From the NCBI GenBank assembly GCA_034723395.1, contig JAYEOW010000011.1, positions 1 to 18,255 of the forward strand: 18,255 nucleotides of DNA. The letters run 5' to 3'. This document shows positions 1 through 8,971 of this stretch, piece by piece. This DNA is from Candidatus Margulisiibacteriota bacterium (GTDB taxonomy: Bacteria; Margulisbacteria; WOR-1; O2-12-FULL-45-9). Made by a program: the position numbers and the translations under genes. Under the pieces are notes generated by a model, which saw nothing but the letters and a program-made list of their open reading frames with translations, was not told the DNA's origin and made no database searches. Positions within the stretch are counted from its first letter, which is position 1; every line of letters begins with the position of its first letter.

Positions 1-2
1 AT

Positions 3-71
3 TATCCCCTACCTAAAAGCCACCCTTGGAGAAGATTCAGCGTATCAAGAAGGAGGTTTGTTCATGCTTAA
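3..71 (+). CDS. C-terminal end of an IS1202/ISNCY-family transposase (5'-truncated by the window)
   Basis: Frame from position 3 reads YPLPKSHPWRRFSVSRRRFVHA*. The P-x-x-x-HPWR tail is typical of these transposases. TAA at 69-71. Confidence 0.75.
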   Translation, partial: YPLPKSHPWRRFSVSRRRFVHA

Positions 72-72
72 A

Positions 73-119
73 AACCGGACATTTTCATTTTGCTAAGAAC
101 CGGACATTTTTACTTTGCC
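73..119 (+). repeat. Two imperfect 22-bp direct repeats in the IS end (putative transposase-binding sites)
   Basis: AACCGGACATTTTCATTTTGCT (73-94) and AACCGGACATTTTTACTTTGCC (98-119). Confidence 0.85.
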
Positions 120-144
120 TTGACAGGTAAAGGTATGTTATAAT
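115..144 (+). promoter_or_regulatory. Sigma70-type promoter with extended -10 and a possible IS-supplied -35
   Basis: TGtTATAAT at 136-144. TTGCCT at 115-120 lies 18 bp upstream of the hexamer, inside the IS end. Confidence 0.55.
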
Positions 145-156
145 GGTTTTAATCTC

Positions 157-573
157 ATGAAATATCGGTCCGGTTATAACTTATTTGTATTCCTTCGCCA
201 TGCCCTCTCTGTCCCAATAATTTGGTCGCTTATTATTCCTTTTCTCATTCTTGATCTATGGCTTGAAATATATCATCGCACATGTTTCCCCCTTTACCGG
301 ATTCCGTATGTCCCGCGCAGAAAATATATAAAGATCGACCGCCACAAGCTGCAGTATTTAAGCTGGCTCGAAAAAACATTCTGCATGTACTGCGGATACG
401 TAAATGAAGTTATCCATTACGTAACTGAAGTTGCCGCCCGTACCGAAGAATACTGGTGTGGAGTCATGCATAAAAAAGATGACCAGTTTATCCCTCCACC
501 ACACCATCTGGAAAAGGGTTTTGTTGATTATGGCGAAGAAAAGGCGCTGTTGGAGAGATTTAAAAGGAAATAA
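157..573 (+). CDS. Conserved hypothetical membrane protein with Cys/His motifs
   Basis: N-terminal hydrophobic segments. FPLYxIP...IDRHKLxYL...CxYCxY...AARTEEYWC...H pattern resembles a widespread uncharacterised family. Confidence 0.8.
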   Translation: MKYRSGYNLFVFLRHALSVPIIWSLIIPFLILDLWLEIYHRTCFPLYRIPYVPRRKYIKIDRHKLQYLSWLEKTFCMYCGYVNEVIHYVTEVAARTEEYWCGVMHKKDDQFIPPPHHLEKGFVDYGEEKALLERFKRK

Positions 574-578
574 CGATC

Positions 579-1265
579 ATGTTAAAAAGGGTTTCAATTT
601 TTACCTTGTTTGTCATTTTGGTTTCTCCCGCTTTTTGCATTGAAAAACCAGATGATGCCGCCAAAATAATCGTGTCCGGCCATGGCAGTATAAAGGTTGA
701 AGCAGACCTTTCCTATGTGAACCTGGCTATTGAGGAGCTCAAAGACAGCGCCAGCCAGGCGCAAAAGCAAGCCGCGCAAAAAATGCAAAGCGTACTTTCT
801 GCCTTGCAAAAAATTGGGATTAAGAAGAAAGACATTCAAACCACCAGTTTTCGCCTTAACCCTAAATATAAATATGAAAAAGGCCGAAAGAACCTGATCG
901 GCTACACGGCAACCAATCAGATTCGAGTCACCCTTAACGACCTGAGCAAGGTCGGAGAGGTTATCGATACCGCAATCTCCGCCGGAGCCAACAATGTGAG
1001 CAATGTGGCTTTTACTGTAGAGGATAATGCCCCGCACAAACGAGCAGCGCTTAAAAATGCTTTTAATAATGCAAAAGAAAAAGCTAAAGCGATTGCCGCC
1101 GCTGCAGATCTAAGGCTCAAGAAAATTTTAAATATTTCAGAATCTGGAGCAAGAGTTATTACTCCATATACGGGAGTTCGCGCCATGAAAGCCGAAACCC
1201 CGATCGTTCCGGGCAAGGTTGAGGTGCGCGGGCACCTGACCGTTACATATGAATGTATAAAGTAG
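579..1265 (+). CDS. SIMPL domain (DUF541, YggE/BP26-like) exported protein
   Basis: Signal peptide. IxVSGxGxxKVxAD, DIQTxxFxLxP, GYxATNQIxV, GANxVxNVxF and PIxPGxVEV motifs. Confidence 0.92.
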   Translation: MLKRVSIFTLFVILVSPAFCIEKPDDAAKIIVSGHGSIKVEADLSYVNLAIEELKDSASQAQKQAAQKMQSVLSALQKIGIKKKDIQTTSFRLNPKYKYEKGRKNLIGYTATNQIRVTLNDLSKVGEVIDTAISAGANNVSNVAFTVEDNAPHKRAALKNAFNNAKEKAKAIAAAADLRLKKILNISESGARVITPYTGVRAMKAETPIVPGKVEVRGHLTVTYECIK

Positions 1266-1279
1266 ATTGTAGTTGATTT

Positions 1280-4200
1280 ATGAGAAAATCATTGTTTCTT
1301 ATCGCTGTGTGTCTGATCATATCTTCCCCACTTTGGGCAGCTACTCAGACCGTTACCAATTGTGCTGACAGCGGCAACGGATCTCTCAGGCAGGCCATAA
1401 CGGATGCAGGCAGCGGAGATATTATTGATTTTAATATCACGACCATTGAAGCCGGCATTTCTACCGGCGAAACTTATTCGGGGTGGGTAACCAATGAAGC
1501 CGCTGACGCACAATGGTTCAGGATCGTTTTAGACACCACCTTAACTGTGAACACCGATAACATTACAATTGAGGGCTCTTCACAACCCACGGACGAAGCA
1601 AATAACCCCTATGGCCCGGAAGTTGAAATAAGATCCCCCGGCAATATAGCCATTGCCGTCTCGGGAAGCGGCGTCAAAATCGATAGCCTGGTTGTCAACA
1701 ATAGTCAAACCGGCATTAATATCAATGGAAACAATAATAAAGTCACCGGCTGTTTCATTGGCACATGTGCCACCGGCGAATCTGATAAAGGAAATTCCAT
1801 CTATGGGATTTTTATATTTAGTGACAACAACCGGATTGGCGGCCTGGCTCCTTCAGAGCGCAATATAATATCCGGAAATAACAGCTACGGCATTAAAATA
1901 AGCGACAACAGCTCCAATGAGGTTCTTGGAAACTACATCGGCTTTGGCATAGATGGAGAAACCGTAATAGCGAACGGACTAAACGGGATTTTATTAGAAG
2001 GCAGTTCTTCGCATAACTTGATAGGGACTTCGGAAAGCGGCGGAAAAAATATTATCATAGCAGGTACTACCACAAATGCTTCAGGCATAGCTTTTTCCGG
2101 GTCAGATGTTACCGGTAACTATGTTTATAATAATACAATCGGTTTAACAAGCAATGGGTCCCTTCCTGCCACACGGGGGAAATATGGGATCCTTTTCCAA
2201 GACGCTTCCCATCACAATTATATTGGCGGAACAAATACCGGGGAGGCAAACATTATCTCCGGAAATTCATCTGACGGCATTTATATTACAGGCAGCGGCA
2301 CCAGCAGTAACGAGGTCCTGGGCAATTACATTGGCACCGACTCATCCGGAGCCCTTGATTGCGGTAATGGGTTAAATGGCATCACTATTTCTAACGGCGC
2401 CTCGCAAAATAAAATCGGCAACGGGACCAGCAACGGAAGGAATATTATCTCCGGAAACGACAGACGCGGTGTAGAGATTAACGGCACAGGCACTGATCAC
2501 AACCAGATTCTGGGAAATTATATCGGCACTGACGTAAACGGAACTTCATCTTTAACAAACGAGTCCAGCGCAGTTTACATTGAAGGGGGAGCAAAATATA
2601 ACAAAATCGGCAATGGGGCCTCTGGAGGCAGAAATATATGCAGCGGAAACGCTTACGGCATTTACATGAGGGGAACAGGAACCAACAGCAACGAAGTCCT
2701 GGGTAATTATATCGGGACGGATAAAACCGGCACCACAGCCCTTCCAAACACAGTCCAGGGTGTGACTTTTTTTCTCGGCGCCTCCTATAACATGCTCGGA
2801 GGAGCTACCCCCGCCCCGGGAACCGGAAATGGCAATGTGATATCAGGAAATAAATCCTATGGTGTTTATATGGGCGGCTCAGCAACAATTGGCAATCGCG
2901 TTTTGGGAAATCTGATCGGTACAAATTACAACGGCGCCTCTGCAATTCCAAACGGCTCATCTGCTTCAACAGATGGAGTTCATATTAATGGGTCGCCCCA
3001 TAACCAGATCGGAGACGGTACTGCCGACGGAAGAAATATTATTTCCGGCAATGCCGGGAGCGGTATTTGTATCAAGAGCACTTCTGCCTGCAGCAACGAG
3101 ATTTCGGAAAATTACATCGGCACCGACATAAACGGAACATCCGATTTGGGAAATGCTGTCCACGGCATATATATTTATAACAGCTCTTCATTTAACCAAA
3201 TCGGCCCCGGAAACACGATTGCCTTTAATACAGATGGTGTTCGGGTAGATGGCGCAAGCACAACCAAAGAAGTCATCACCCAGAACTCGATCTTTTCCAA
3301 CAGCGGCAAGGGAATTGCCATCGTAAACAGCGCCAATCCGGGCGCCAGCATTCCCTTGATTTTTTCCGCCATCCGCGACCCATCCTCCGGCCAGAACCAG
3401 ATAACCGGAGAGGGCGCTCCCGCTTTGGGAACGGTCGAGTTATTCAAGGCCGAAGGAGATCAGGGAAAAACATATCTGGGATCAACCACCGCGGATATCT
3501 CCGGAAAATGGAGCATAACCATGAGCAGCCTGGCGACCGGCGATGCGGTAGTGACGACCGGCACTACCGCCAATCCCGAGACCTCAGAATTCTCTTCCCC
3601 CGAAGTGGTGGTGGAAGGCATCATCCCCACTCCCTCCGACCTCGATAGTTTTAACGCAAATGCCCCCTCCTCTGCCATACAGGGAAGCTCTTTCAGTACA
3701 ACGGTGACCGCGCTGAATTCTCAGGGAAGTGTTGAAACAAACGTCATCGGCACAACTCAACTCCTGGTTGACAACGGGACCATCACTCCCGAAAGCATTG
3801 CCGAATCATCCTTTACCAATGGCGTCTGGACCGGAGATATTTCGCTTGGCGAGATCGGAGCAAGGACGATTACCGTCTCAAACGAAGGATCGATTGGCGC
3901 CGCCTCGGTGCTTGTCCTGAACGCAACTATCGAACTTACCTCCACCGACCTGGGCATCGCCGGTATGTCGATCACGATCCCTGCCGGCGCGGCTTCGGCT
4001 GAAGTAAATATCACCGCCAGTGAAGTAGCTTCGCCGGGCAGCCCGCGCCCCGGTTTTTCCATCGGCGGGACTATCGTTGATATTGACTCAACCGTGACAA
4101 ACTTCCTTCTCCCGGTAACGGTTACCATGCCGATTAATGGTCCCCTGGCCGATCCGAGGGTCTATTATTGGAACGGGACAGAATGGAGCAGTGACGGAAT

Positions 4201-4582
4201 TACCATTGTAGAGACAACTGATACTTATATTACATTTACGACCACACATTTCACCATCTTCGCTCCTATGGGAGCTATCGCCAGCAACCTGGTGCGCTTT
4301 GGCCCCAATCCATATAATCCGAACTCCGGCACGCCTGCCAAAATATGGTATTGGCTGACCGCGGACACGGCTACCAGCATCTATATCGTCGATATGTCCG
4401 GAACGCTGGTCTGGAAGAATAGCTACGCAGCCGGATCAAACGGCGGCCGCGCTGACTCCAACGATATCGACTTTAACGGCAAAGACCGCTGGGGCAACAT
4501 TTTAGGTGACGGCGTTTACATATATAAGATCGTGCAGGGCGGCAAATCAATTGGCGGAGGCAAGATCGCGATAATTAAATGA
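1280..4582 (+). CDS. Large secreted parallel beta-helix repeat protein with Ig-like, ZU5-like and T9SS-like (FlgD-Ig) C-terminal domains
   Basis: Signal peptide (PLWA|A); VTNxxDSGxGSLRQAI N-terminal motif; about 8 repeats of ~60-68 aa (NEVLGNYIGTD...NIISGN); C-terminal GPNPYNP...FNGKDxxGxxLxDGVYIYKI...GKIAIIK. Confidence 0.88.
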   Translation: MRKSLFLIAVCLIISSPLWAATQTVTNCADSGNGSLRQAITDAGSGDIIDFNITTIEAGISTGETYSGWVTNEAADAQWFRIVLDTTLTVNTDNITIEGSSQPTDEANNPYGPEVEIRSPGNIAIAVSGSGVKIDSLVVNNSQTGININGNNNKVTGCFIGTCATGESDKGNSIYGIFIFSDNNRIGGLAPSERNIISGNNSYGIKISDNSSNEVLGNYIGFGIDGETVIANGLNGILLEGSSSHNLIGTSESGGKNIIIAGTTTNASGIAFSGSDVTGNYVYNNTIGLTSNGSLPATRGKYGILFQDASHHNYIGGTNTGEANIISGNSSDGIYITGSGTSSNEVLGNYIGTDSSGALDCGNGLNGITISNGASQNKIGNGTSNGRNIISGNDRRGVEINGTGTDHNQILGNYIGTDVNGTSSLTNESSAVYIEGGAKYNKIGNGASGGRNICSGNAYGIYMRGTGTNSNEVLGNYIGTDKTGTTALPNTVQGVTFFLGASYNMLGGATPAPGTGNGNVISGNKSYGVYMGGSATIGNRVLGNLIGTNYNGASAIPNGSSASTDGVHINGSPHNQIGDGTADGRNIISGNAGSGICIKSTSACSNEISENYIGTDINGTSDLGNAVHGIYIYNSSSFNQIGPGNTIAFNTDGVRVDGASTTKEVITQNSIFSNSGKGIAIVNSANPGASIPLIFSAIRDPSSGQNQITGEGAPALGTVELFKAEGDQGKTYLGSTTADISGKWSITMSSLATGDAVVTTGTTANPETSEFSSPEVVVEGIIPTPSDLDSFNANAPSSAIQGSSFSTTVTALNSQGSVETNVIGTTQLLVDNGTITPESIAESSFTNGVWTGDISLGEIGARTITVSNEGSIGAASVLVLNATIELTSTDLGIAGMSITIPAGAASAEVNITASEVASPGSPRPGFSIGGTIVDIDSTVTNFLLPVTVTMPINGPLADPRVYYWNGTEWSSDGITIVETTDTYITFTTTHFTIFAPMGAIASNLVRFGPNPYNPNSGTPAKIWYWLTADTATSIYIVDMSGTLVWKNSYAAGSNGGRADSNDIDFNGKDRWGNILGDGVYIYKIVQGGKSIGGGKIAIIK

Positions 4583-5634
4583 GAATGAACAAAAAGCCCT
4601 CACCCAGGCATTCACTAACAAACGGTTTTTCATCCACTCCCTCTCCCGGAGGGAGAGGGACGCTATGGATAATTGGACAACAGGGAATACCTTGGGTGAG
4701 GGTTTGGATTTTAATATTTATTCTGGTTTCATTATTCGGATTTTCAGCAAACGCTTCTAGCTTTGTTGATCTTACTGAGATCGGCGTCGGCGCTCGCCCT
4801 CTAGGTATGGGTAAAGCTTTCAGCTCGATCGTTAACGATGGCAGCGCGATCTTTATCAATCCGGCAGGATTAACCTCGATTGATCGATATAATTTAATAA
4901 GCATGAGTGGAAACCTCTTAAATGAGATCCCCTACATGGTCTTAGGCGGCGCCTGGAAAACCAGATACGGCTATTGGGGAGTTGGTTATGTCAGTGCTGC
5001 TGCTGGGGGGATCAAAGAGACCCTATTGATCAACGGCACCCCAGAAATAACCGGTAACGAAGCAAATTTCAGCACATCGTCAATCATATTGAGCTATGCA
5101 AACGATGCCAAAGAGATGGAGTTGATCAACCGGATCGGATTCTTGACCGATCGGGATGCAACTGTCGGCTTCAACTTAAAGCTTGTAAGTTACGGCTTTA
5201 ACGGAGCACCCAGTTTTGAAGGGCAAGATGCCAACGGTTTTGACCTTGATGTCGGCACCATCTTCCCGATCAGAGAAAATACGCATGGATCAGTAACAAT
5301 TAAAAACTTCCTCCCGGGAAATAATATTAAGAGTGACGAGATGCCAATGACAATTGTTGGCGGCGTCGCCAACGAAACCCCGGAAAAGAATTTACTAACT
5401 GCGGTTGATGCAGAATATGGAAGCGCTGGCTTTTTATTCCGCCTTGGTGCAGAGTGGAATCCTAAAGAGCCATTATTTATTCGTGGTGGATTAGACCAGA
5501 CTGCAGATGGATTTGACCTGGCCTTTGGTGTCGGAACAAAGATCCGGGGATTTACTTTCGATTATGCTTACCACACCTATACCAACCTATCGGAATTTTC
5601 GACCCACTACTTCTCCTTCGGCTACAACAGGTAA
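4579..5634 (+). CDS. PorV/PorQ-like outer-membrane beta-barrel protein
   Basis: GVGARPLGMGKAF...AIFINPAGL N-terminal signature, GFDLDVG, RLGAEW, FDYAY and HYFSFGY beta-strand motifs. ATGA overlap with the upstream gene. Confidence 0.82.
   Translation: MRMNKKPSPRHSLTNGFSSTPSPGGRGTLWIIGQQGIPWVRVWILIFILVSLFGFSANASSFVDLTEIGVGARPLGMGKAFSSIVNDGSAIFINPAGLTSIDRYNLISMSGNLLNEIPYMVLGGAWKTRYGYWGVGYVSAAAGGIKETLLINGTPEITGNEANFSTSSIILSYANDAKEMELINRIGFLTDRDATVGFNLKLVSYGFNGAPSFEGQDANGFDLDVGTIFPIRENTHGSVTIKNFLPGNNIKSDEMPMTIVGGVANETPEKNLLTAVDAEYGSAGFLFRLGAEWNPKEPLFIRGGLDQTADGFDLAFGVGTKIRGFTFDYAYHTYTNLSEFSTHYFSFGYNR
4594..4705. repeat. Palindromic REP-like element within the coding sequence
   Basis: Outer inverted repeat CCCTCACCCA (4597-4606) / TGGGTGAGGG (4693-4702). 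Inner perfect stem TCCCTCTCCC-GGA-GGGAGAGGGA (4638-4660). Confidence 0.8.
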
Positions 5635-5967
5635 TTAGGAAACCTTCGAACCGTTCGCGATCTCCTTTTCAACCGTAGCGCAGACCAGTTGTGAGCGGTC
5701 TTCAGCATGGGCGCATAAGATCATCCCATGGCTCTCTACTCCGCGAATGACCTTTGGCTCAAGGTTTACTAAGACCAGAACTTTTTTACCGGGAACATCT
5801 TCCACAGGATAATACTGTTTTATCCCGGCAACCAAAATTCGCTCCTCGTCCCCAATATCAACAATTATCTTATATAACCTATCCGCCCCTTCTACCGGCT
5901 CCGCACTCTTTATCTCCCCCACCCTGATATCCATTTTTTTAAACTCGTCAAAACTTATATTCTCCAT
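5635..5967 (-). CDS. tRNA-binding OB-fold protein (MetRS C-terminal domain / Trbp111 / CsaA-like)
   Basis: ISFDEFKKMDIRVG...ADRLY...VAGI...VNLEPKxIRGVESxGMIL. ATG at 5967 with GGAGG RBS at 5975-5979. Confidence 0.92.
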   Translation of the reverse strand: MENISFDEFKKMDIRVGEIKSAEPVEGADRLYKIIVDIGDEERILVAGIKQYYPVEDVPGKKVLVLVNLEPKVIRGVESHGMILCAHAEDRSQLVCATVEKEIANGSKVS

Positions 5968-5971
5968 AATT

Positions 5972-6085
5972 TTACCTCCCAAACTTCGGATAATTCGGCG
6001 GCTTATACCGGCCTCTATAGATCAAAATAAAAACCACTACGACCACTAAGATCAGAAAAATTAATATTATCTGAGAAAAGCTCAT
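5972..6085 (-). CDS. 37-aa single-pass membrane peptide (not in ORF track)
   Basis: [41 protein letters not shown] overlap with the uvrA stop; fills the intergenic gap almost exactly. Confidence 0.65.
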   Translation of the reverse strand: MSFSQIILIFLILVVVVVFILIYRGRYKPPNYPKFGR

Positions 6086-8895
6086 AAGACCTTCTTTAAA
6101 TATTTACCGGTATAACTTTTGGCAACCTTGGAAACTTCCTCCGGCGTCCCCTGCGCGACGATATAGCCACCCTCATCCCCGCCCCCCGGCCCAAGATCGA
6201 TAACATGGTCGGCCGTTTTGATCACATCCAGGTTATGCTCGATAACAATCACCGAATTCCCGCTATCGACCAATCGATGCAAGACGTTCAACAATTTCTT
6301 AATATCATCAAAATGAAGCCCGGTAGTAGGTTCATCCAGCAGATAAAGGGTCTTCCCGGTCGATCTGGTCGCCAAATGGTTGGCAAGCTTGATCCTTTGC
6401 GCCTCACCGCCGGATAAGGTCGTCGCCGACTGGCCAAGTTTTATATAACCGAGCCCGACATCGATCAAGGTCGAAAGCTTTCGTTTTATCTGCGGGATAT
6501 TTTCGAATAGCGAAAGCGCCTCTTCAATGGTCATGTCTAAAACATCATAGACACTTTTTCCCTTGTAATGGACCTCCAGGGTTTCCCGGTTATAACGTTT
6601 ACCCTTACAGACATCGCATGGGACATAAACGTCGGGTAGAAAGTGCATCTCGATCTTTACCAGACCGTCTCCGCGGCACGCTTCGCACCTTCCGCCTTTG
6701 ACGTTAAAAGAAAACCTTCCCGGCTTATATCCTCTAATTCTGGCCTCTTGAGTAATACTAAACAGGTCTCGAATATGGTTAAATACCCCGGTATAGGTCG
6801 CAGGATTCGACCGCGGAGTCCGCCCGATCGGCCGCTGGTCAATAATTATCACCTTATCGATATTTTCGATCCCGTCGATCCGCTCATGGGTACCTGCCTT
6901 TTCGATCGACCGGTAAAACTTCTTGGCCAGTGCACGGTAAAGAATATCATTAACCAGCGAACTCTTACCCGAACCGGAAACTCCAGTTACACAGGTAAGT
7001 ACTCCTAGAGGGAAAGAGACGTTGATGTTTTTAAGGTTATGGCATTTTGCCTTAATAACTTCAAGATTCTTCCCGTTCCCTTTTTTACGCATGGCCGGAA
7101 CCTCGATCTTCGCTTTCCCCGAAAGATATTTACCGGTGATCGAATCTTTTTCGTTTATCAGCGCGGAAACTTTACCGGTAGCGACGATCTTTCCGCCAAA
7201 CCTCCCCGCCCCCGGCCCGATATCGACCAGGTGGTCCGAAGATCGCATCGTCTCCTCGTCGTGCTCAACCACAATGATCGTGTTGCCAAGGTCCCTTAAC
7301 CGTCGCAGGGTTTCGATCAAACGCTTATTGTCACGCTGGTGAAGACCAATCGATGGCTCATCTAATATATAAAGGACCCCGACCAACCCCGACCCCACCT
7401 GCGTAGCCAATCTGGTCCTTTGCGCCTCCCCGCCGGAGAGGGTCGACGATTCCCGGTCTAGAGTGACGTAATCCAGCCCTACATTTGTTAAAAATATCAG
7501 ACGGCTTCTGATCTCTTTTATTATCTGTTTTGCGATATGCGCTTCGCGTTCGTTAAGGGTTAATCCATCAATAAATTCTAAAGTCCCATTAATTGACAAT
7601 GCCGAAACATGAGCGATCGATTTTCCACCTACAGTTACCCCCAAACTTTCCGGCCGCAGACGCTGCCCATTACATTTTGGACATTTGGTCGAGCTCATGT
7701 AACGATACAGGTAAGAACGAACATTTTCAGATTTTGTTTCCAGATAGCGCCGCTTCAGCCAGTTCATTACCCCCTCGAATTTACCTTCATGCTCCCAGCA
7801 GCCGCGGTCCATCTCATACTTAAATTTGATCATCTTTTCCGATCCGTGTAAAATAACGTTCTGCTGTTTCCTGGTCATTTTATAGATCGGAGTATCAAGG
7901 TCGAAGCCATATTCCTCTCCCACGGCAGATAACTTTTGTTTATAGTAGTTCGTCGCCTCACCCCAGGGGGCGATCGCCCCTTCATCCACAGAGAGGTTCC
8001 TATCGGGAATAACCATGTCGACATCAAATTCTAATCGGTCACCTAATCCACTGCAGGTTGGACAAGCACCGTAAGGGCTGTTGAACGAAAATATCCGCGG
8101 AGTGATCTCGTCCAAAGATATTCCGCAGTTAGCACAAGCAAATTTCTCACTATAGATCTTTGGTTTTGCTTTTGGTTTATTGGTTAAGATCTCAACCATC
8201 CCATTCCCATAGCGAAGCGCGGTCTCAACTGATTCATTTAGTCGCTTACGATTGCTCTGTTTTGCTGATAAGCGATCGACCACGATCTCTATATCATGTT
8301 TTATTTTTTTATTCAGCTCGGGGACTTCATCTATCTCACATACTTTAGAATCTACCCGGACTCTGACAAAACCATCCTTTCGAATATCAGCAAAAATCCC
8401 CTTATACTCCCCTTTTCGTCCACGAATCATCGGAGCAAGAACAGATATCTTTTCTCCCTCAGGAAATTCCAGGATCTGATCTACAATCTGTTGTGCGGTC
8501 TGCCGTTCGATCTTTCGACCGCATTTTGGGCAGTGAGGGATACCAATGTTTGCGAACAAAAGACGGAGATAATCGTAAATTTCGGTTACCGTCCCAACCG
8601 TGGAACGGGGATTTCGGGAAGGCGCTTTCTGGTCGATCGATATGGCCGGAGATAATCCTTCGATATAATCGACATCCGGCTTCTGCATCTGTTCAAGGAA
8701 TTGTCGGGCGTAAGCGGAAAGTGATTCGACATAGCGGCGCTGCCCTTCGGCATAGATCGTATCAAAAGCAAGGGAAGATTTTCCGGAACCGGAAATGCCT
8801 GTAAAAACAATGAATTTGCCGCGCGGGAGTTCGAGCTTTACATTCTTCAGGTTGTGCTCCCGGGCGCCTTTGATAATGATTTTTTCCGAACTCAT
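6082..8895 (-). CDS. uvrA: Excinuclease ABC subunit A
   Basis: [13 protein letters not shown] start, two Walker A motifs ([18 protein letters not shown]), two LSGGEAQR signatures, CxxC zinc fingers. Start moved to ATG 8895 (MSSEKIII). Confidence 0.98.
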   Translation of the reverse strand: MSSEKIIIKGAREHNLKNVKLELPRGKFIVFTGISGSGKSSLAFDTIYAEGQRRYVESLSAYARQFLEQMQKPDVDYIEGLSPAISIDQKAPSRNPRSTVGTVTEIYDYLRLLFANIGIPHCPKCGRKIERQTAQQIVDQILEFPEGEKISVLAPMIRGRKGEYKGIFADIRKDGFVRVRVDSKVCEIDEVPELNKKIKHDIEIVVDRLSAKQSNRKRLNESVETALRYGNGMVEILTNKPKAKPKIYSEKFACANCGISLDEITPRIFSFNSPYGACPTCSGLGDRLEFDVDMVIPDRNLSVDEGAIAPWGEATNYYKQKLSAVGEEYGFDLDTPIYKMTRKQQNVILHGSEKMIKFKYEMDRGCWEHEGKFEGVMNWLKRRYLETKSENVRSYLYRYMSSTKCPKCNGQRLRPESLGVTVGGKSIAHVSALSINGTLEFIDGLTLNEREAHIAKQIIKEIRSRLIFLTNVGLDYVTLDRESSTLSGGEAQRTRLATQVGSGLVGVLYILDEPSIGLHQRDNKRLIETLRRLRDLGNTIIVVEHDEETMRSSDHLVDIGPGAGRFGGKIVATGKVSALINEKDSITGKYLSGKAKIEVPAMRKKGNGKNLEVIKAKCHNLKNINVSFPLGVLTCVTGVSGSGKSSLVNDILYRALAKKFYRSIEKAGTHERIDGIENIDKVIIIDQRPIGRTPRSNPATYTGVFNHIRDLFSITQEARIRGYKPGRFSFNVKGGRCEACRGDGLVKIEMHFLPDVYVPCDVCKGKRYNRETLEVHYKGKSVYDVLDMTIEEALSLFENIPQIKRKLSTLIDVGLGYIKLGQSATTLSGGEAQRIKLANHLATRSTGKTLYLLDEPTTGLHFDDIKKLLNVLHRLVDSGNSVIVIEHNLDVIKTADHVIDLGPGGGDEGGYIVAQGTPEEVSKVAKSYTGKYLKKVL

Positions 8896-8905
8896 CGAAT
8901 CTTTA

Positions 8906-8914
8906 ATTCTAGCA
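8906..8914 (-). promoter_or_regulatory. Extended -10 promoter element for uvrA
   Basis: TGcTAGAAT on the minus strand, 10 nt upstream of the ATG. Confidence 0.5.
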
Positions 8915-8971
8915 TAAAAACTGAAATTTAGAAACGAAGGGGCAGATAAATGTTTAGAGGAATAATATTTC

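Larger units (their letters stand above)
1..125 (+). mobile_element. Right end of an IS1202/ISNCY-family insertion sequence (partial)
   Basis: Transposase-like C-terminus with HPWRR motif, two 25-bp-period subterminal repeats (AACCGGACATTTT...TTTGC) and a terminal ...TTGACA-3' (TGT/ACA end). Confidence 0.8.

Noticed and set aside
73..119. CRISPR-like direct repeats
   Set aside because: Only two units with a 3-bp gap, no spacers and no cas genes. They fit IS subterminal repeats.
120..144. TTGACA...TATAAT perfect consensus promoter
   Set aside because: The spacer is only 13 bp. The TTGACA is the IS terminus.
133..160. dif/XerCD-like site next to the IS1202-type end
   Set aside because: The left arm ends in ATAA, but the putative XerD arm matches TTATGTTAAAT at only 5 of 11 positions. 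A -10 box explains it better.
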